DNA of 64,000 bases, from assembly GCA_017609605.1 (NCBI GenBank), contig JAFCDO010000003.1, positions 24,470 to 88,469 of the forward strand, given 5' to 3'. Under the pieces are notes generated by a model, which ran no database searches, had not been told where the DNA came from, and saw nothing but the letters and a program-made list of their open reading frames with translations. How positions within the stretch are numbered: position 1 is the stretch's first letter; each line of letters opens with the position of its first letter. The stretch comes from Candidatus Parvarchaeota archaeon (GTDB lineage Archaea; Nanobdellota; Nanobdellia; JAAOXT01). Positions 44,557 to 54,246 of the stretch are shown one piece after another. Made by a program: the position numbers and the translations under genes.

Positions 44557-44931
44557 ATGCCAGTAAGACCAAGAATACAGAGGATTCACGGCAAACTTCA
44601 AGAGCCAGAGGAACTAGACAGGTTTTTGGAAAAAATTATTGCCGAAAACATGGTTGAAGAAGAAGTCAAAAAAACCTTTGAATCTGAAGATCCTGGAAGA
44701 TATGGTGCAGCAATTTTTTATCCGCGAACCATTCTGGAAAAAGATGGCGAAATAATTGAAGTAGTGCCTTGTCAAGATCCAGTGATGGAAAACTTGGATG
44801 GAGAACACGTGGTCTGCGCTTACTCTCAAATAAAAGAATCGCCTTTGGGAGATGTCTGGGAGCTCGTCATAAGAGAAAGAAAGGGCGAGTACATGTTAGA
44901 GATTAAGAACGGACCTTTTATAGACTTTTAA
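44557..44931 (+). CDS. hypothetical protein (124 aa)
   Basis: ORF. I prefer the ATG at 44557 over the TTG at 44542. No family recognised. Confidence 0.4.
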   Translation: MPVRPRIQRIHGKLQEPEELDRFLEKIIAENMVEEEVKKTFESEDPGRYGAAIFYPRTILEKDGEIIEVVPCQDPVMENLDGEHVVCAYSQIKESPLGDVWELVIRERKGEYMLEIKNGPFIDF

Positions 44932-47331
44932 TTAAACGAACTCAACGTCCAATTTCACTTTATCAAGCTTGATTTGACTAGCTTTACCGAAAACGATTTT
45001 CGAGTGAGTAGCTGCTCGAACATCTTCCAACACTTTTTCTAAGAGCGCCCTGTCATTTGAGGAAGCTTGGATAACAATTTTTACAGGTTCTTTCAAACTT
45101 TTTTGAGCATGGTTCTTGAACTTGCGGACAGCGCTGACGATTTCGACGGAGAGGTCACCCACCTTTTCCGCTTCTTTATTTCTTTTACTTGTTTTAGGCC
45201 AATTGGTTAAGTGAATGCTTTCTTCCTTTTCGTGCTTCTTGAAAAAAGTTTGGTACAGTTCTTCGGTCACGTGAGGCATTATCGGGGCGAACAACTTCAA
45301 AACGTCCAATAAAACTTTGTAAAGCGTGTACTGCGCGGCTTTCTTAGAAGACAAGTTCCCGTATAAGCGATACTTGACCATTTCCAAATAATTGCTTGCG
45401 AAAACGCTCCACATAAAATTATCCACGGCGCTTTTATCCTTTGAGAAATCGTAACGTTCAAAACCTTGGGTGGCTGTTTCAATCACTTCCTGCAGTTTGG
45501 ATAAAACCCATTCGTCCACTAGCGTTAATTTGGGTTTCGGGCCTGGCTTGTAGTCTTTCAAATGAGTGATGCAAAATTTTGAAAGATTCCACAGTTTCGT
45601 GATGGTTTTTTTGCCGCTAACCACTTCTTTCTCCCTGTAAGGAGTGTCCTCGCCCAGCTTGGCGCTCGCAGCGAAGAAGCGGAACGCGTCAGCCCCGAAC
45701 TTGTCCAAAACTTTTCGAGGGTTAACTGTGTTTCCTTTGGATTTGCTCATCTTCTTACCCTTCGGGTCGAGCACCCACCCGTTAATCATGGCGGCACCCC
45801 AAGGAATCTTGTCCTCGTGTAAAAGGCCTTTGAGCAGTGTTCTGAAAAGCCAGAAAGTTATTATGTCATGACCATTGCTGCGCAAACTCATTGGGAACAT
45901 TTTACCAAAAAATTTGGGGTCTTCCACCCATTTGAGCGCAATCATGGGGGTCAAAGCAGAAGTGGTCCAAGTGTCCATTACATCTTTTTCTGGAGTGAAG
46001 TCTTTGGAACCGCATTTATGGCAAGGTTTTTTTGGTTGGTCGTTGGTCGGGTCAACAGGGAGTTGCGAGTCTTCAGCTAAGATGACTTCTCCGCACTTGC
46101 AGTACCATACAGGGAAAGGGATGCCGTAAAACCTTTGACGGGATATGCACCAGTCCCACTGAGCGCCTTTAACCCAATTATCATAACGATTCCTCATGTG
46201 AGAAGGATGCCAGTCAAGCTTTTTGCCCGCAGCCAGCAATTCTTTTTTCATGTCAGTGTATTTGATGTACCATTGCTTGCTGTTCAATATCTCGAAAGGG
46301 ATTCCGCAACGCTCATGAACCTTAACGTCATGAACGATTTCCTCCTGGCCAGCTAATAAACCCGCGTCTTTCAAGTCCTGAACAATTCTTTCCCTAGTTT
46401 CTTTAACCTTTAACCCAGCGTACCTTCCAGCTATTTTGGTCATTCTTCCTGACTTGTTGATAGCAATTTTTAATGGCAGCTTGTGCGCCATGTACCATTC
46501 CATGTCATTTTGGTCGCCGAAAGTGCAGCACATAACGACCCCACTTCCTTTTTTTAAGTCAACTCTCTGGTCAGCGAGCACTGGAACACGGAAATCAAAT
46601 AAAGGAACTATCAGTTCCTCGCCAACCAATTTCTTGTTTTTCTTATCGTCAGGGTGGACGAAAACCGCGACGCACGCGGGCAATAGTTCGGGACGAGTGG
46701 TGGAAATAATGATTTTTCGCCCTGAAAGAGTGTGAAATATTATGTCGTTGAAAAACGTTTTTGCTTGCTTGTCCTCAAGCTCGATTTGCGCGACCGCGGT
46801 CTCGCATTTAGGGCACCAAAGAGTCGGTGATTCCTTGCGGTACTCCACGCCTTTTTTGTAAAGGTCTATGAAGCTTCGTTGAGAAACTTTTTGACTCCAA
46901 TCATCAATGGTTCTGTAATGAAGACTCCAGTCCGGAGAGAGCCCGATGCTCATGAAATCCTTAATCAGTTCTTTTTCCGCTTCCTTAGTTTCTTTGAGAC
47001 AGAGCTTGATGAACTTTTGTCGGGACATGCTCGTAGCCCGCACACCCAACTTTTTTTCAACGTATCTCTCAGTGGGTAATCCGTTGTCATCAAAACCGAA
47101 TGGGTAAAAAATGTTGAATCCTTGCATGCGCTTGTACCGCATGACGAAATCAGCTTGCGAGTACCCGAAAGCGTGTCCAATATGCATTTCACCTGAAACT
47201 GTTGGAGGAGGAGTGTCCAAGGAGAAGACAGTTTTTTTGCTCTTAGAATTGAAAGCAAAAATTTTTTGTTTTTTCCAGTACTCCTGCCATTTCTTCTCGG
47301 TTTTTAACGCGTCGTACTTGCCTTCCATCAT
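44932..47331 (-). CDS. valS: valyl-tRNA synthetase
   Basis: TPPPTVSGEMHIGHAF (PPP.VSG.LH.GH), the editing-domain block MCCTFGDQNDMEW, and KMSKSKGN. Confidence 0.9.
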   Translation of the reverse strand: MMEGKYDALKTEKKWQEYWKKQKIFAFNSKSKKTVFSLDTPPPTVSGEMHIGHAFGYSQADFVMRYKRMQGFNIFYPFGFDDNGLPTERYVEKKLGVRATSMSRQKFIKLCLKETKEAEKELIKDFMSIGLSPDWSLHYRTIDDWSQKVSQRSFIDLYKKGVEYRKESPTLWCPKCETAVAQIELEDKQAKTFFNDIIFHTLSGRKIIISTTRPELLPACVAVFVHPDDKKNKKLVGEELIVPLFDFRVPVLADQRVDLKKGSGVVMCCTFGDQNDMEWYMAHKLPLKIAINKSGRMTKIAGRYAGLKVKETRERIVQDLKDAGLLAGQEEIVHDVKVHERCGIPFEILNSKQWYIKYTDMKKELLAAGKKLDWHPSHMRNRYDNWVKGAQWDWCISRQRFYGIPFPVWYCKCGEVILAEDSQLPVDPTNDQPKKPCHKCGSKDFTPEKDVMDTWTTSALTPMIALKWVEDPKFFGKMFPMSLRSNGHDIITFWLFRTLLKGLLHEDKIPWGAAMINGWVLDPKGKKMSKSKGNTVNPRKVLDKFGADAFRFFAASAKLGEDTPYREKEVVSGKKTITKLWNLSKFCITHLKDYKPGPKPKLTLVDEWVLSKLQEVIETATQGFERYDFSKDKSAVDNFMWSVFASNYLEMVKYRLYGNLSSKKAAQYTLYKVLLDVLKLFAPIMPHVTEELYQTFFKKHEKEESIHLTNWPKTSKRNKEAEKVGDLSVEIVSAVRKFKNHAQKSLKEPVKIVIQASSNDRALLEKVLEDVRAATHSKIVFGKASQIKLDKVKLDVEFV

Positions 47332-47355
47332 ATCTTAAAACATATTTGAAAAAAA

Positions 47356-47370
47356 GGGTTTTTAAAAAAC
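47356..47370 (-). promoter_or_regulatory. TATA-box-like element upstream of valS
   Basis: gggtttttaaaaaac lies 25-39 nt upstream of the ATG at 47331 and immediately after the minD stop. Confidence 0.45.
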
Positions 47371-47373
47371 TAT

Positions 47374-48162
47374 TTATTTTCTTCTCAGAACTTTTCTGAG
47401 AAACTTTCTGAGCCTTCTTCTAACCCCTACAGGGCTTTCAATAATATCGTATTCTTTGCCAACTAGTTTTGCAGCAATCTTTTTTATCGCGATGCTAGCA
47501 TCGCTGTGAGGGTATGAGAGCAGTAAAGGAACATTTTTTCTTAACGCTTTTTGCATGTTCTTGTCTTCCGGAATCACTCCAAATACAGGTGCTTCTAAGA
47601 ATTGTTCTATGTCTCGCGGGTGGAGTTCTTCTTTAACGTTTTTCACCCTGTTCACGACCACTCCAATGATTTTAGTGCCAGCTTCTTTTGCTATTTCAAC
47701 GGTTTTCAAAGCGTCTGTCAATGCGGGCATTTCAGGGATGGTAAGCACAAGTAATTCGTCTCCTGCTTCAATAGCTCTTCTCGTAATGTCGGTTAGCCCT
47801 GCGGGAGAGTCGATGATGATGTTGTCAACTGCGCCGATCAGGTCTAGAATGACTTTTTCCAGTTTCTTCGCGTAATGCGATTTCAAATCTTTTAACGATA
47901 GTCCTGCTGGAATGACTTTTAGCCCGCTTGGAGGGTGGAAGTAAACGACTTCTTTGATGTCTGATTCTCCTCTCAGCACGCTATGTAAAGTCTTGTTTGG
48001 AGTTGGCATTCCTAATTGTAAGGCTATGTTGGGTGTTGTGAGATTAGCATCTATTATGAGTGTGTCTTCGCCCAACCAGGTCAACGCGGCGGCAAGATTA
48101 ATGGTTAGAGTTGTTTTTCCAACACCTCCTTTGCCTGAAGCAAGAACTATGATTCTTGTCAT
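47374..48162 (-). CDS. minD: MinD/ParA-family ATPase (archaeal MinD homolog)
   Basis: Deviant Walker A: IIVLASGKGGVGKTTLTINLAAAL. Walker B IIIDSPAG. Confidence 0.8.
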   Translation of the reverse strand: MTRIIVLASGKGGVGKTTLTINLAAALTWLGEDTLIIDANLTTPNIALQLGMPTPNKTLHSVLRGESDIKEVVYFHPPSGLKVIPAGLSLKDLKSHYAKKLEKVILDLIGAVDNIIIDSPAGLTDITRRAIEAGDELLVLTIPEMPALTDALKTVEIAKEAGTKIIGVVVNRVKNVKEELHPRDIEQFLEAPVFGVIPEDKNMQKALRKNVPLLLSYPHSDASIAIKKIAAKLVGKEYDIIESPVGVRRRLRKFLRKVLRRK

Positions 48163-48224
48163 AACTGAAACATGAGCAAGCAGGATTAATTAAGATTTTG
48201 GTTTTTCGAAAAGTTGGGGAAGAA

Positions 48225-48245
48225 GGAAGCCCCCGAAGGGGCTCC
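48225..48245 (-). other. GC-rich stem-loop with cUUCGg tetraloop in the ftsZ2-minD spacer
   Basis: The minus-strand RNA GGAGCCCC-UUCG-GGGGCUUCC forms an 8-bp stem (one G-U) closed by C-G around UUCG. Confidence 0.6.
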
Positions 48246-48274
48246 TAAAAGGTTTGGGGGTGCGTTTACTTTTT

Positions 48275-49348
48275 TTACAGCATTCTTATTCCTAGTTCTT
48301 CCGAAACTTGCGACCGCATTACGTGGTCTTGTTTCGCTGTCTTAGTTGGTCCCAGAATAAACGGGGAGGTTACTCCAGTAACTATTGTCATTACTCGCAA
48401 TTTGCCTGACATGTTGTCAAGAATTCTTGCTCCCCATATTACCTGAGCATCAGGGTCCAAGGACGCCGTGACCATCTCACCTATTTGATTAACTTCTTCC
48501 AAGGTCAAGTCTGGCCCGCCACATATGTGTATGAGCGCTCCAGTAGAACCTTCGTAGCTAACGTCCAATAATGGGTTCATTAAGGCTTTGTTAACAGCTT
48601 CTTTGACGCGTCCTTCAGTGTCGCTTTCGCCTACACCTATCACTGATACGTCACCTCCATTCATTATCGCTTTAACGTCAGCGAAATCTAAGTTAACCAG
48701 AGAGGGTATGGCAATGGTCTCGACAATTCCTTTAATCATCGTTGCGACCAACTCATTCGCAACAGCGAACGCTTGCGCAATCGGAAGACTTCCAGCAAAG
48801 TCAACCAGTCTGTTGTTGTCTATGACTATCACTGTGTCGGAAACTTGTCTCAGTTGTTTTAAACCCCATTCTGCTTTATCTATTCGGGCCTTTTCTATCT
48901 TAAAAGGCATCGTGACAACACCTATCACTATAGCGCCCATTTCTTTGGCGATTTTTGCGATAGGCGCTGCTGCACCTGTACCAGTCCCGCCTCCCATGCC
49001 AGCGCATAGGAAGAGCATGTCGCAATTCTTCAAAGCGTCTTTAAGCTCTTGGGATGATTCTCTTGCAGCTTCTTCACCTTTTTGCGGATAACCGCCAGCC
49101 CCTAGTCCACGCGTGACATCTTTGCCGATTAATATTTTGATGTCTGCTTCTCTCGCATCTAAGTGCTGTTTATCAGTGTTAGCTGAAATAATCTCTGCTC
49201 CCCGGACGCCTTTTCTGTACAACCAGTCGGCCATATTATTGCCTGCACCTCCTACTCCTATAACTTTTATGTTGGCTTGGCCTAGCAGGCCTTCTTCCCA
49301 GTTTATTTCGTTTGTGTTTTTTAACGCGTTTTGCACGATGAAATCCAT
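48275..49348 (-). CDS. ftsZ: cell division GTPase FtsZ, paralog 2
   Basis: [46 protein letters not shown]. Confidence 0.95.
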   Translation of the reverse strand: MDFIVQNALKNTNEINWEEGLLGQANIKVIGVGGAGNNMADWLYRKGVRGAEIISANTDKQHLDAREADIKILIGKDVTRGLGAGGYPQKGEEAARESSQELKDALKNCDMLFLCAGMGGGTGTGAAAPIAKIAKEMGAIVIGVVTMPFKIEKARIDKAEWGLKQLRQVSDTVIVIDNNRLVDFAGSLPIAQAFAVANELVATMIKGIVETIAIPSLVNLDFADVKAIMNGGDVSVIGVGESDTEGRVKEAVNKALMNPLLDVSYEGSTGALIHICGGPDLTLEEVNQIGEMVTASLDPDAQVIWGARILDNMSGKLRVMTIVTGVTSPFILGPTKTAKQDHVMRSQVSEELGIRML

Positions 49349-49503
49349 TTTCGCTATGTTTCCCCCGAAATGTTTATATACATCTACATCTCTTTAGTTC
49401 TTTGTTATTCGAGAGTCCTAACAGAAGGATATAAAGAATTACAACGCAAAAAAAGTTAAGTACGCGAGTATTTAAAAACAATTATATTCTAGATTATATA
49501 CTT

Positions 49504-49944
49504 TTATTTTGTCAAATAGTTTTCTTTACAATTGTTAAGAGAGATGAACGTTTCCGTCCTTTCAACTTCTTCAGCGAAGTTCAGTATTTTAAGAAAATGG
49601 TTGAGAGCCGTCTTGTTTTTGAACTTAGCAATAATTATTAAATCAAATCCCCCTGTAACTTCATAAATTGCTAAAACATTTGAGTTTCCGCTTAATTTGC
49701 GCGCTAGAGGGTCTGAGCGACCCTTTTTTATTTTGATTCCGACGATAGTTGTTAGGGTGAATCCTAGTTTATCCAAATCAAGAATTGGGACGTAACCTTT
49801 GATAATGCCCGATTTCTCAAGCTCTTTTACTTTCTTGGAAATTGTTCCAACGGCAAGTCCTAAGGTTTTAGCAATATCTCTATAAGATTTTCTAGCGTCC
49901 TTTTTTAACTCTTCTAAAAGCTCGTCTTCAACCCGTTTAGCCAT
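49504..49944 (-). CDS. lrp: Lrp/AsnC-family transcriptional regulator
   Basis: HTH (SYRDIAKTLGLAVGTISKKVKELEKSGIIKGY) plus a C-terminal RAM/ACT-like half. Confidence 0.85.
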   Translation of the reverse strand: MAKRVEDELLEELKKDARKSYRDIAKTLGLAVGTISKKVKELEKSGIIKGYVPILDLDKLGFTLTTIVGIKIKKGRSDPLARKLSGNSNVLAIYEVTGGFDLIIIAKFKNKTALNHFLKILNFAEEVERTETFISLNNCKENYLTK

Positions 49945-49948
49945 TGCA

Positions 49949-49962
49949 TGAACATTTGTTCA
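49949..49962. promoter_or_regulatory. perfect 14-bp palindrome TGAACATTTGTTCA, candidate Lrp operator
   Basis: Lies 5-18 nt upstream of the lrp ATG (49944, minus strand) and downstream of TTTATAAA at 49970-49977, so it overlaps the expected transcription start. Confidence 0.45.
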
Positions 49963-50033
49963 ATTTTAATTTATAAACCTTATCATTTGGTTAAAACAGG
50001 GTTTTTTTGGTTGTCGGATTCAGGAAAATGGAA

Positions 50034-50062
50034 TGTTCAGAAAAAACAGTTTTTGATGAACA
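50034..50062. promoter_or_regulatory. 29-bp imperfect palindrome reusing the TGTTCA/TGAACA half-sites, upstream of gatD
   Basis: TGTTCAGAAAAAACAGTTTTTGATGAACA. 12 of 14 arm positions are complementary. Lies about 50-80 nt upstream of the gatD ATG. Confidence 0.4.
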
Positions 50063-50113
50063 AATGGGTTTCGAGATAATATTTATTAAGATTGCAGGCT
50101 TACAATTGATTTG

Positions 50114-51460
50114 ATGACTTATATTGAAAAGATTAAGAATTTTTCTGGTAAAAATATTCGAGTTTTAGATAAAGTAAGGGTTATCACGAAAAAAGAAGAA
50201 GGGTTTGAGGGAATACTCATCCCCAATTCTGAAGAAGATGGTTTGGTCTTGAAGTTAAGTAATGGGTATAATCGTTTTGTTGAATTTAAGAACGTGAAGA
50301 AAATAGAGTTTATTAGTCGCGGGGAAAAGATTGCTTCCATACCTTCAATTAAAATAACGAGGAAGAAAGGTTTGCCAAACGTGGTTTTGATAGCTACTGG
50401 TGGGACAATAGGAACGCACGTGGATTATAAGACTGGAGGAGTTTTCATGTGCAGAACCCCTGAGCAGATAATTGCTACAGTTCCGAGGATAAGGAAAGTA
50501 GTGAACATTGTTAGAATGTTAAGTCCTTTTACCATTGCGAGCGAAGACATGGCTCCTGAGCAGTGGCAGGAAATAGCTGGCATGGTTGCCAGAGAAGTCA
50601 ACAAGAAGAGTGTTGATGGAGTGATAATAACAGTGGGAACGGATACAATGCATTATCTTTCTGCAGCTATTTCTTTCTCACTTCAAAAACTTTCAAAACC
50701 CGTTGCAGTCGTAGGAGCTCAACGCTCCCCTGATAGAGGGTCTTTTGACGGCAGCATGAACCTTTTGTGCGCGGCTCATTACTGCAAATCCAAAATAGCT
50801 GAAGTGGCGACCATAATGCACGGTTCAAGCGAGGATGACTACTGTTTGGCCATACGCGGAACAAAAGTAAGGAAAATGCATTCCTCTCGCAGAGACGCTT
50901 TCAGACCAATAAACGATTTACCTTTAGCAAAAGTATGGCCTAATGGCAGGCTAGAAATATTGAATCAGCGTTATACGAGAAGGTCTGGTTCAAAAACCAT
51001 TCTTAAAACAGGTTTTTCTAAAGTGGGTTTGATAAAAGTTTTTCCAGGAAGCAACCCTGAAATAATGGATTGGTATATAAAAAAGGGTTATAAAGGGATT
51101 ATCATTGAAGGCACGGGGTTAGGTCACGTGCCAACAGGCGAGAGCTCGGATAAAACAAAATCCTTTGACAAAAAACTTTCTTGGCTTCCATGGGTTAAAA
51201 AAGCCGTTAAAAAAGGTGTGGTGGTCGCGATTACAACGCAAACGATTTATGGCAGGGTCAACCCTTACGTTTACAGAAATCTTCGCTTACTGAACAGGGC
51301 AGGAGCAGTTTTTTGTGAAGACATGCATTCCGAAACAGCCCTGGTTAAACTGGCTTGGCTTCTAGCAAATCATGAACCAAGTCAAGCGAAAGAATTAATT
51401 AAAAAAAATTTTGCGGGTGAAATCAGTGAAGCAACCATTAACAAGGCGTTCCTTTACTAA
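50114..51460 (+). CDS. gatD: Glu-tRNA(Gln) amidotransferase subunit D
   Basis: Asparaginase-like VVLIATGGTIGT and HGSSEDD, with an N-terminal GatD-specific domain. Adjacent to gatE. Confidence 0.9.
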   Translation: MTYIEKIKNFSGKNIRVLDKVRVITKKEEGFEGILIPNSEEDGLVLKLSNGYNRFVEFKNVKKIEFISRGEKIASIPSIKITRKKGLPNVVLIATGGTIGTHVDYKTGGVFMCRTPEQIIATVPRIRKVVNIVRMLSPFTIASEDMAPEQWQEIAGMVAREVNKKSVDGVIITVGTDTMHYLSAAISFSLQKLSKPVAVVGAQRSPDRGSFDGSMNLLCAAHYCKSKIAEVATIMHGSSEDDYCLAIRGTKVRKMHSSRRDAFRPINDLPLAKVWPNGRLEILNQRYTRRSGSKTILKTGFSKVGLIKVFPGSNPEIMDWYIKKGYKGIIIEGTGLGHVPTGESSDKTKSFDKKLSWLPWVKKAVKKGVVVAITTQTIYGRVNPYVYRNLRLLNRAGAVFCEDMHSETALVKLAWLLANHEPSQAKELIKKNFAGEISEATINKAFLY

Positions 51461-51469
51461 TCAAAAAAA

Positions 51470-53278
51470 ATGAATTACGAAAAACTGGGTTTTAAATGCG
51501 GTTTAGAAATACACGCTCAATTGGACACGAGCAAGCTTTTCTGTTCTTGCCCATCAATGCTCCGCAAAGAAGACTCTGACTTCAGGGTTGAAAGAAAGCT
51601 TAGAGCAGTTATTGGAGAAACAGGTAAAAAAGACGTGGCGACCAAGCTTGAAGAGGTTAAAGACAAGACATTTGTTTATGAGGGGTACGATGACACCACT
51701 TGTTTGGTTGAGATGGATTCCGAGCCGCCTCACATGATGTGCAAAGAAGCCTTGATGGTGAGCGTTCAAGTTGCCAGGCTCCTGAACATGAACGTTTTAA
51801 AAAAAGTTTTAGTGATGAGAAAGACGGTTGTTGACGGGTCTAACACTTCAGGGTTTCAAAGAACCGCGCTGATCGCGGAGGACGGGTTCGTTGACACGTC
51901 CTTCGGAAGGGTCAGGGTGGACATGCTCTCCCTTGAGGAGGACGCGGCGAGAAAAATCAAGGAAGAAAAAGACAAGATTTTTTACAGGATTGACAGGTTG
52001 GGAATCCCACTTATCGAGCTTAGAACAGAGCCAGACATCAAGAACCCTTTTCACGCGGTTGAAACAGCAAAAAAGCTTGGCACAACTCTCTGGATGACCA
52101 GTCACGTAAAACGAGGATTAGGGTCTATTCGACAGGACGTTAACGTTTCCATAAAAGGAGGAACAAGGGTTGAGATAAAAGGGGTTCAAGACCTTAAATT
52201 AATGCCAAAAATCATTGAGAACGAAGTATTGAGACAAAAAAATATAATCTTAATTTCTAAAGAATTAAGAAAGAAATCAGGCCCTAAACGTCTTAAAAAA
52301 GATTTTAAAAATGTTTCAAAGATTTTCGAGAAGTCTAAGAGCTTTTTGAAAGGAAAAAACGTGTTAGGAGTTTGTTTGAAAGGCTTTAAAGGTTTTATCT
52401 CTCGAGAAATCCTTCCAAATCGCAGGATTGGGACGGAGATAGCTGATATTGCTAAGATGGTAGGTCTTAAAGGAATTCTTCATTCAGACGAGCTTCCGGC
52501 TTACAAGGTTTCTGCAAGGGAAGTGGGTGGAGTAAATAAGGCTTTGTTTTGCGGTAAGAGCGACGCGTTCATAATAGTTGCTGGAGAGATAGGAAAGTGT
52601 TATCAGACTCTTGAGTTGGGAGTGGATAGGCTTAAACAATTTTTTAAAGGAGTTCCTAAAGATGTTCGCGCCGCCCGACTTGATGGCACCACTGCTTTCT
52701 TGAGGCCAATGCCAGGGTCTGCCAGAATGTACCCTGAAACAGACCTGCCAATCGTAGAAATAAGTGACGAGTTACTTAGAGTGGAGCGGGTGGAGACCCC
52801 TGAACAAAAATTTGATAAGTTCGTGAACATGGGTTTGGGCGAGGAACTGGCCAATCAAGTTATCAATTCCAGAAAACTGAAAGATTTTGAACAATTACTT
52901 GTCACGTACAAAAAGATTAAGCCAACAGAGTTAGCAAAAATGTTTTTCGGAGCGAAAACAGAGTTGAAAAAAAAAGGAATCACTAAATTAACTATAAAGA
53001 ATTTTTCAGAATTGTTCGGACTAATAAATAAGGGTGTTCTGTCAAAAGACTCTTATGTGGAAGCTTTGACAATGCTTTCTAAAGGACGTTCTCGAAAAAG
53101 TGTTGAGAAAAAATTTGGGGTTATGAGTGAAGACGAGCTCGAAAAACTGGTTAAAAAAGTTTTGAAAAAAAATGGAAGCGCTTCGTTCGGAGCGTTAATG
53201 GGTTTAGTGAGGGGTGAAGCGAAAGGAAGGGCTGACGGAAAAATGGTTTTCAAAATGATTCAACAATTAAAAAAATGA
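51470..53278 (+). CDS. gatE: Glu-tRNA(Gln) amidotransferase subunit E
   Basis: MNYEKLGFKCGLEIHAQLDTSKLFCSCPS, and GatB/E core blocks (DGSNTSGFQRT, NVSIKGG.RVEIKG). Confidence 0.9.
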   Translation: MNYEKLGFKCGLEIHAQLDTSKLFCSCPSMLRKEDSDFRVERKLRAVIGETGKKDVATKLEEVKDKTFVYEGYDDTTCLVEMDSEPPHMMCKEALMVSVQVARLLNMNVLKKVLVMRKTVVDGSNTSGFQRTALIAEDGFVDTSFGRVRVDMLSLEEDAARKIKEEKDKIFYRIDRLGIPLIELRTEPDIKNPFHAVETAKKLGTTLWMTSHVKRGLGSIRQDVNVSIKGGTRVEIKGVQDLKLMPKIIENEVLRQKNIILISKELRKKSGPKRLKKDFKNVSKIFEKSKSFLKGKNVLGVCLKGFKGFISREILPNRRIGTEIADIAKMVGLKGILHSDELPAYKVSAREVGGVNKALFCGKSDAFIIVAGEIGKCYQTLELGVDRLKQFFKGVPKDVRAARLDGTTAFLRPMPGSARMYPETDLPIVEISDELLRVERVETPEQKFDKFVNMGLGEELANQVINSRKLKDFEQLLVTYKKIKPTELAKMFFGAKTELKKKGITKLTIKNFSELFGLINKGVLSKDSYVEALTMLSKGRSRKSVEKKFGVMSEDELEKLVKKVLKKNGSASFGALMGLVRGEAKGRADGKMVFKMIQQLKK

Positions 53279-53565
53279 CTCAAATACCTTATGAAATAGT
53301 ATTCCCTTTAATAGGAGGAATAGGTTTTTTGTTCATGTTTTACCTTGGTTACTTATTCACCAAGTTTTTCGCTAAAACAAGACCCAAAAAGTACAATATT
53401 TTATGGCTGGTGCTTTTGATTTATTCAATACTGATATTGGGCTTGTTGTTTCCAATGACTAAAATAATATCTCAGTTTGCTTACGTACTGGTTTACGCGC
53501 CTTTTTTGATGCTGGTGTTTACAATATACTTCTTATACAAGTTTATGAAAAGCGTTGATAGATGA
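53275..53565 (+). CDS. small membrane protein (96 aa, 3 predicted TM helices)
   Basis: Hydrophobic ORF with ATGA-type overlaps on both sides. Confidence 0.5.
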   Translation: MTQIPYEIVFPLIGGIGFLFMFYLGYLFTKFFAKTRPKKYNILWLVLLIYSILILGLLFPMTKIISQFAYVLVYAPFLMLVFTIYFLYKFMKSVDR

Positions 53566-54164
53566 AGAAAAAAAAATTAGCCATAACCCTGTCCTTGTTG
53601 AAAGGTTTTCGCAAGCCAAAAGCAAGGTTAGAACAATATATGATTCCGGGAGGATTAGCTGCAGAAGTGTTATGGCTCATCAAGAGCGAGCTCGCTGGTA
53701 AGAAGGTTCTTGATTTGGGCAGCGGGACCGGCGTGCTCGCGATCGGCGCTTCCTTGCTCGGAGCTAAGAAAGTCGTGTCAGTTGAGGTTGACGAGCAAGC
53801 TGTTCAAACCCAAAGAGAAAACTTGGAAGACCTAAGTTTAAGGAATGTTGAAATATTTTGTTCGGACGTGAAGGATTTTGACCTTCCAAGGATTGATTTG
53901 GTGGTGATGAACCCTCCTTTCGGGGTTCAGAGAAAGCACGCTGACCAGCCCTTCCTGAAAAAAGCGTTTGCAACAATGAAAAAGGTTTACGTTATTCAGA
54001 AGCTGGAAAGCCAAGGTTTTCTCGAAGCGGTCAGCAGGAACAACGGTTACTCGTGCAAGTTAATAAAAGAATTTGAGTATCCTCTAAGAAGCTCGCAACC
54101 ATTTCATAAGAAGAAGGTTCACAAGTTCGGTGCAGGGCTGTTCTTGCTAGACCCAACAGGATAA
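53562..54164 (+). CDS. class I SAM-dependent methyltransferase, N6-adenine type (NPPF), METTL5/COG2263-like
   Basis: Motif I VLDLGSGTGVLAIGASLLGA, acidic VSVEVDE, motif IV VVMNPPFG. About 200 aa. Confidence 0.65.
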   Translation: MKKKKLAITLSLLKGFRKPKARLEQYMIPGGLAAEVLWLIKSELAGKKVLDLGSGTGVLAIGASLLGAKKVVSVEVDEQAVQTQRENLEDLSLRNVEIFCSDVKDFDLPRIDLVVMNPPFGVQRKHADQPFLKKAFATMKKVYVIQKLESQGFLEAVSRNNGYSCKLIKEFEYPLRSSQPFHKKKVHKFGAGLFLLDPTG

Positions 54165-54246
54165 AGATTATCTCTCCCTTTTCTTTGACAAATCTTTGCT
54201 TTCACCGCAATCTTTTTAACCCTCGGACAAAAAAAGTTGTTTAGAC

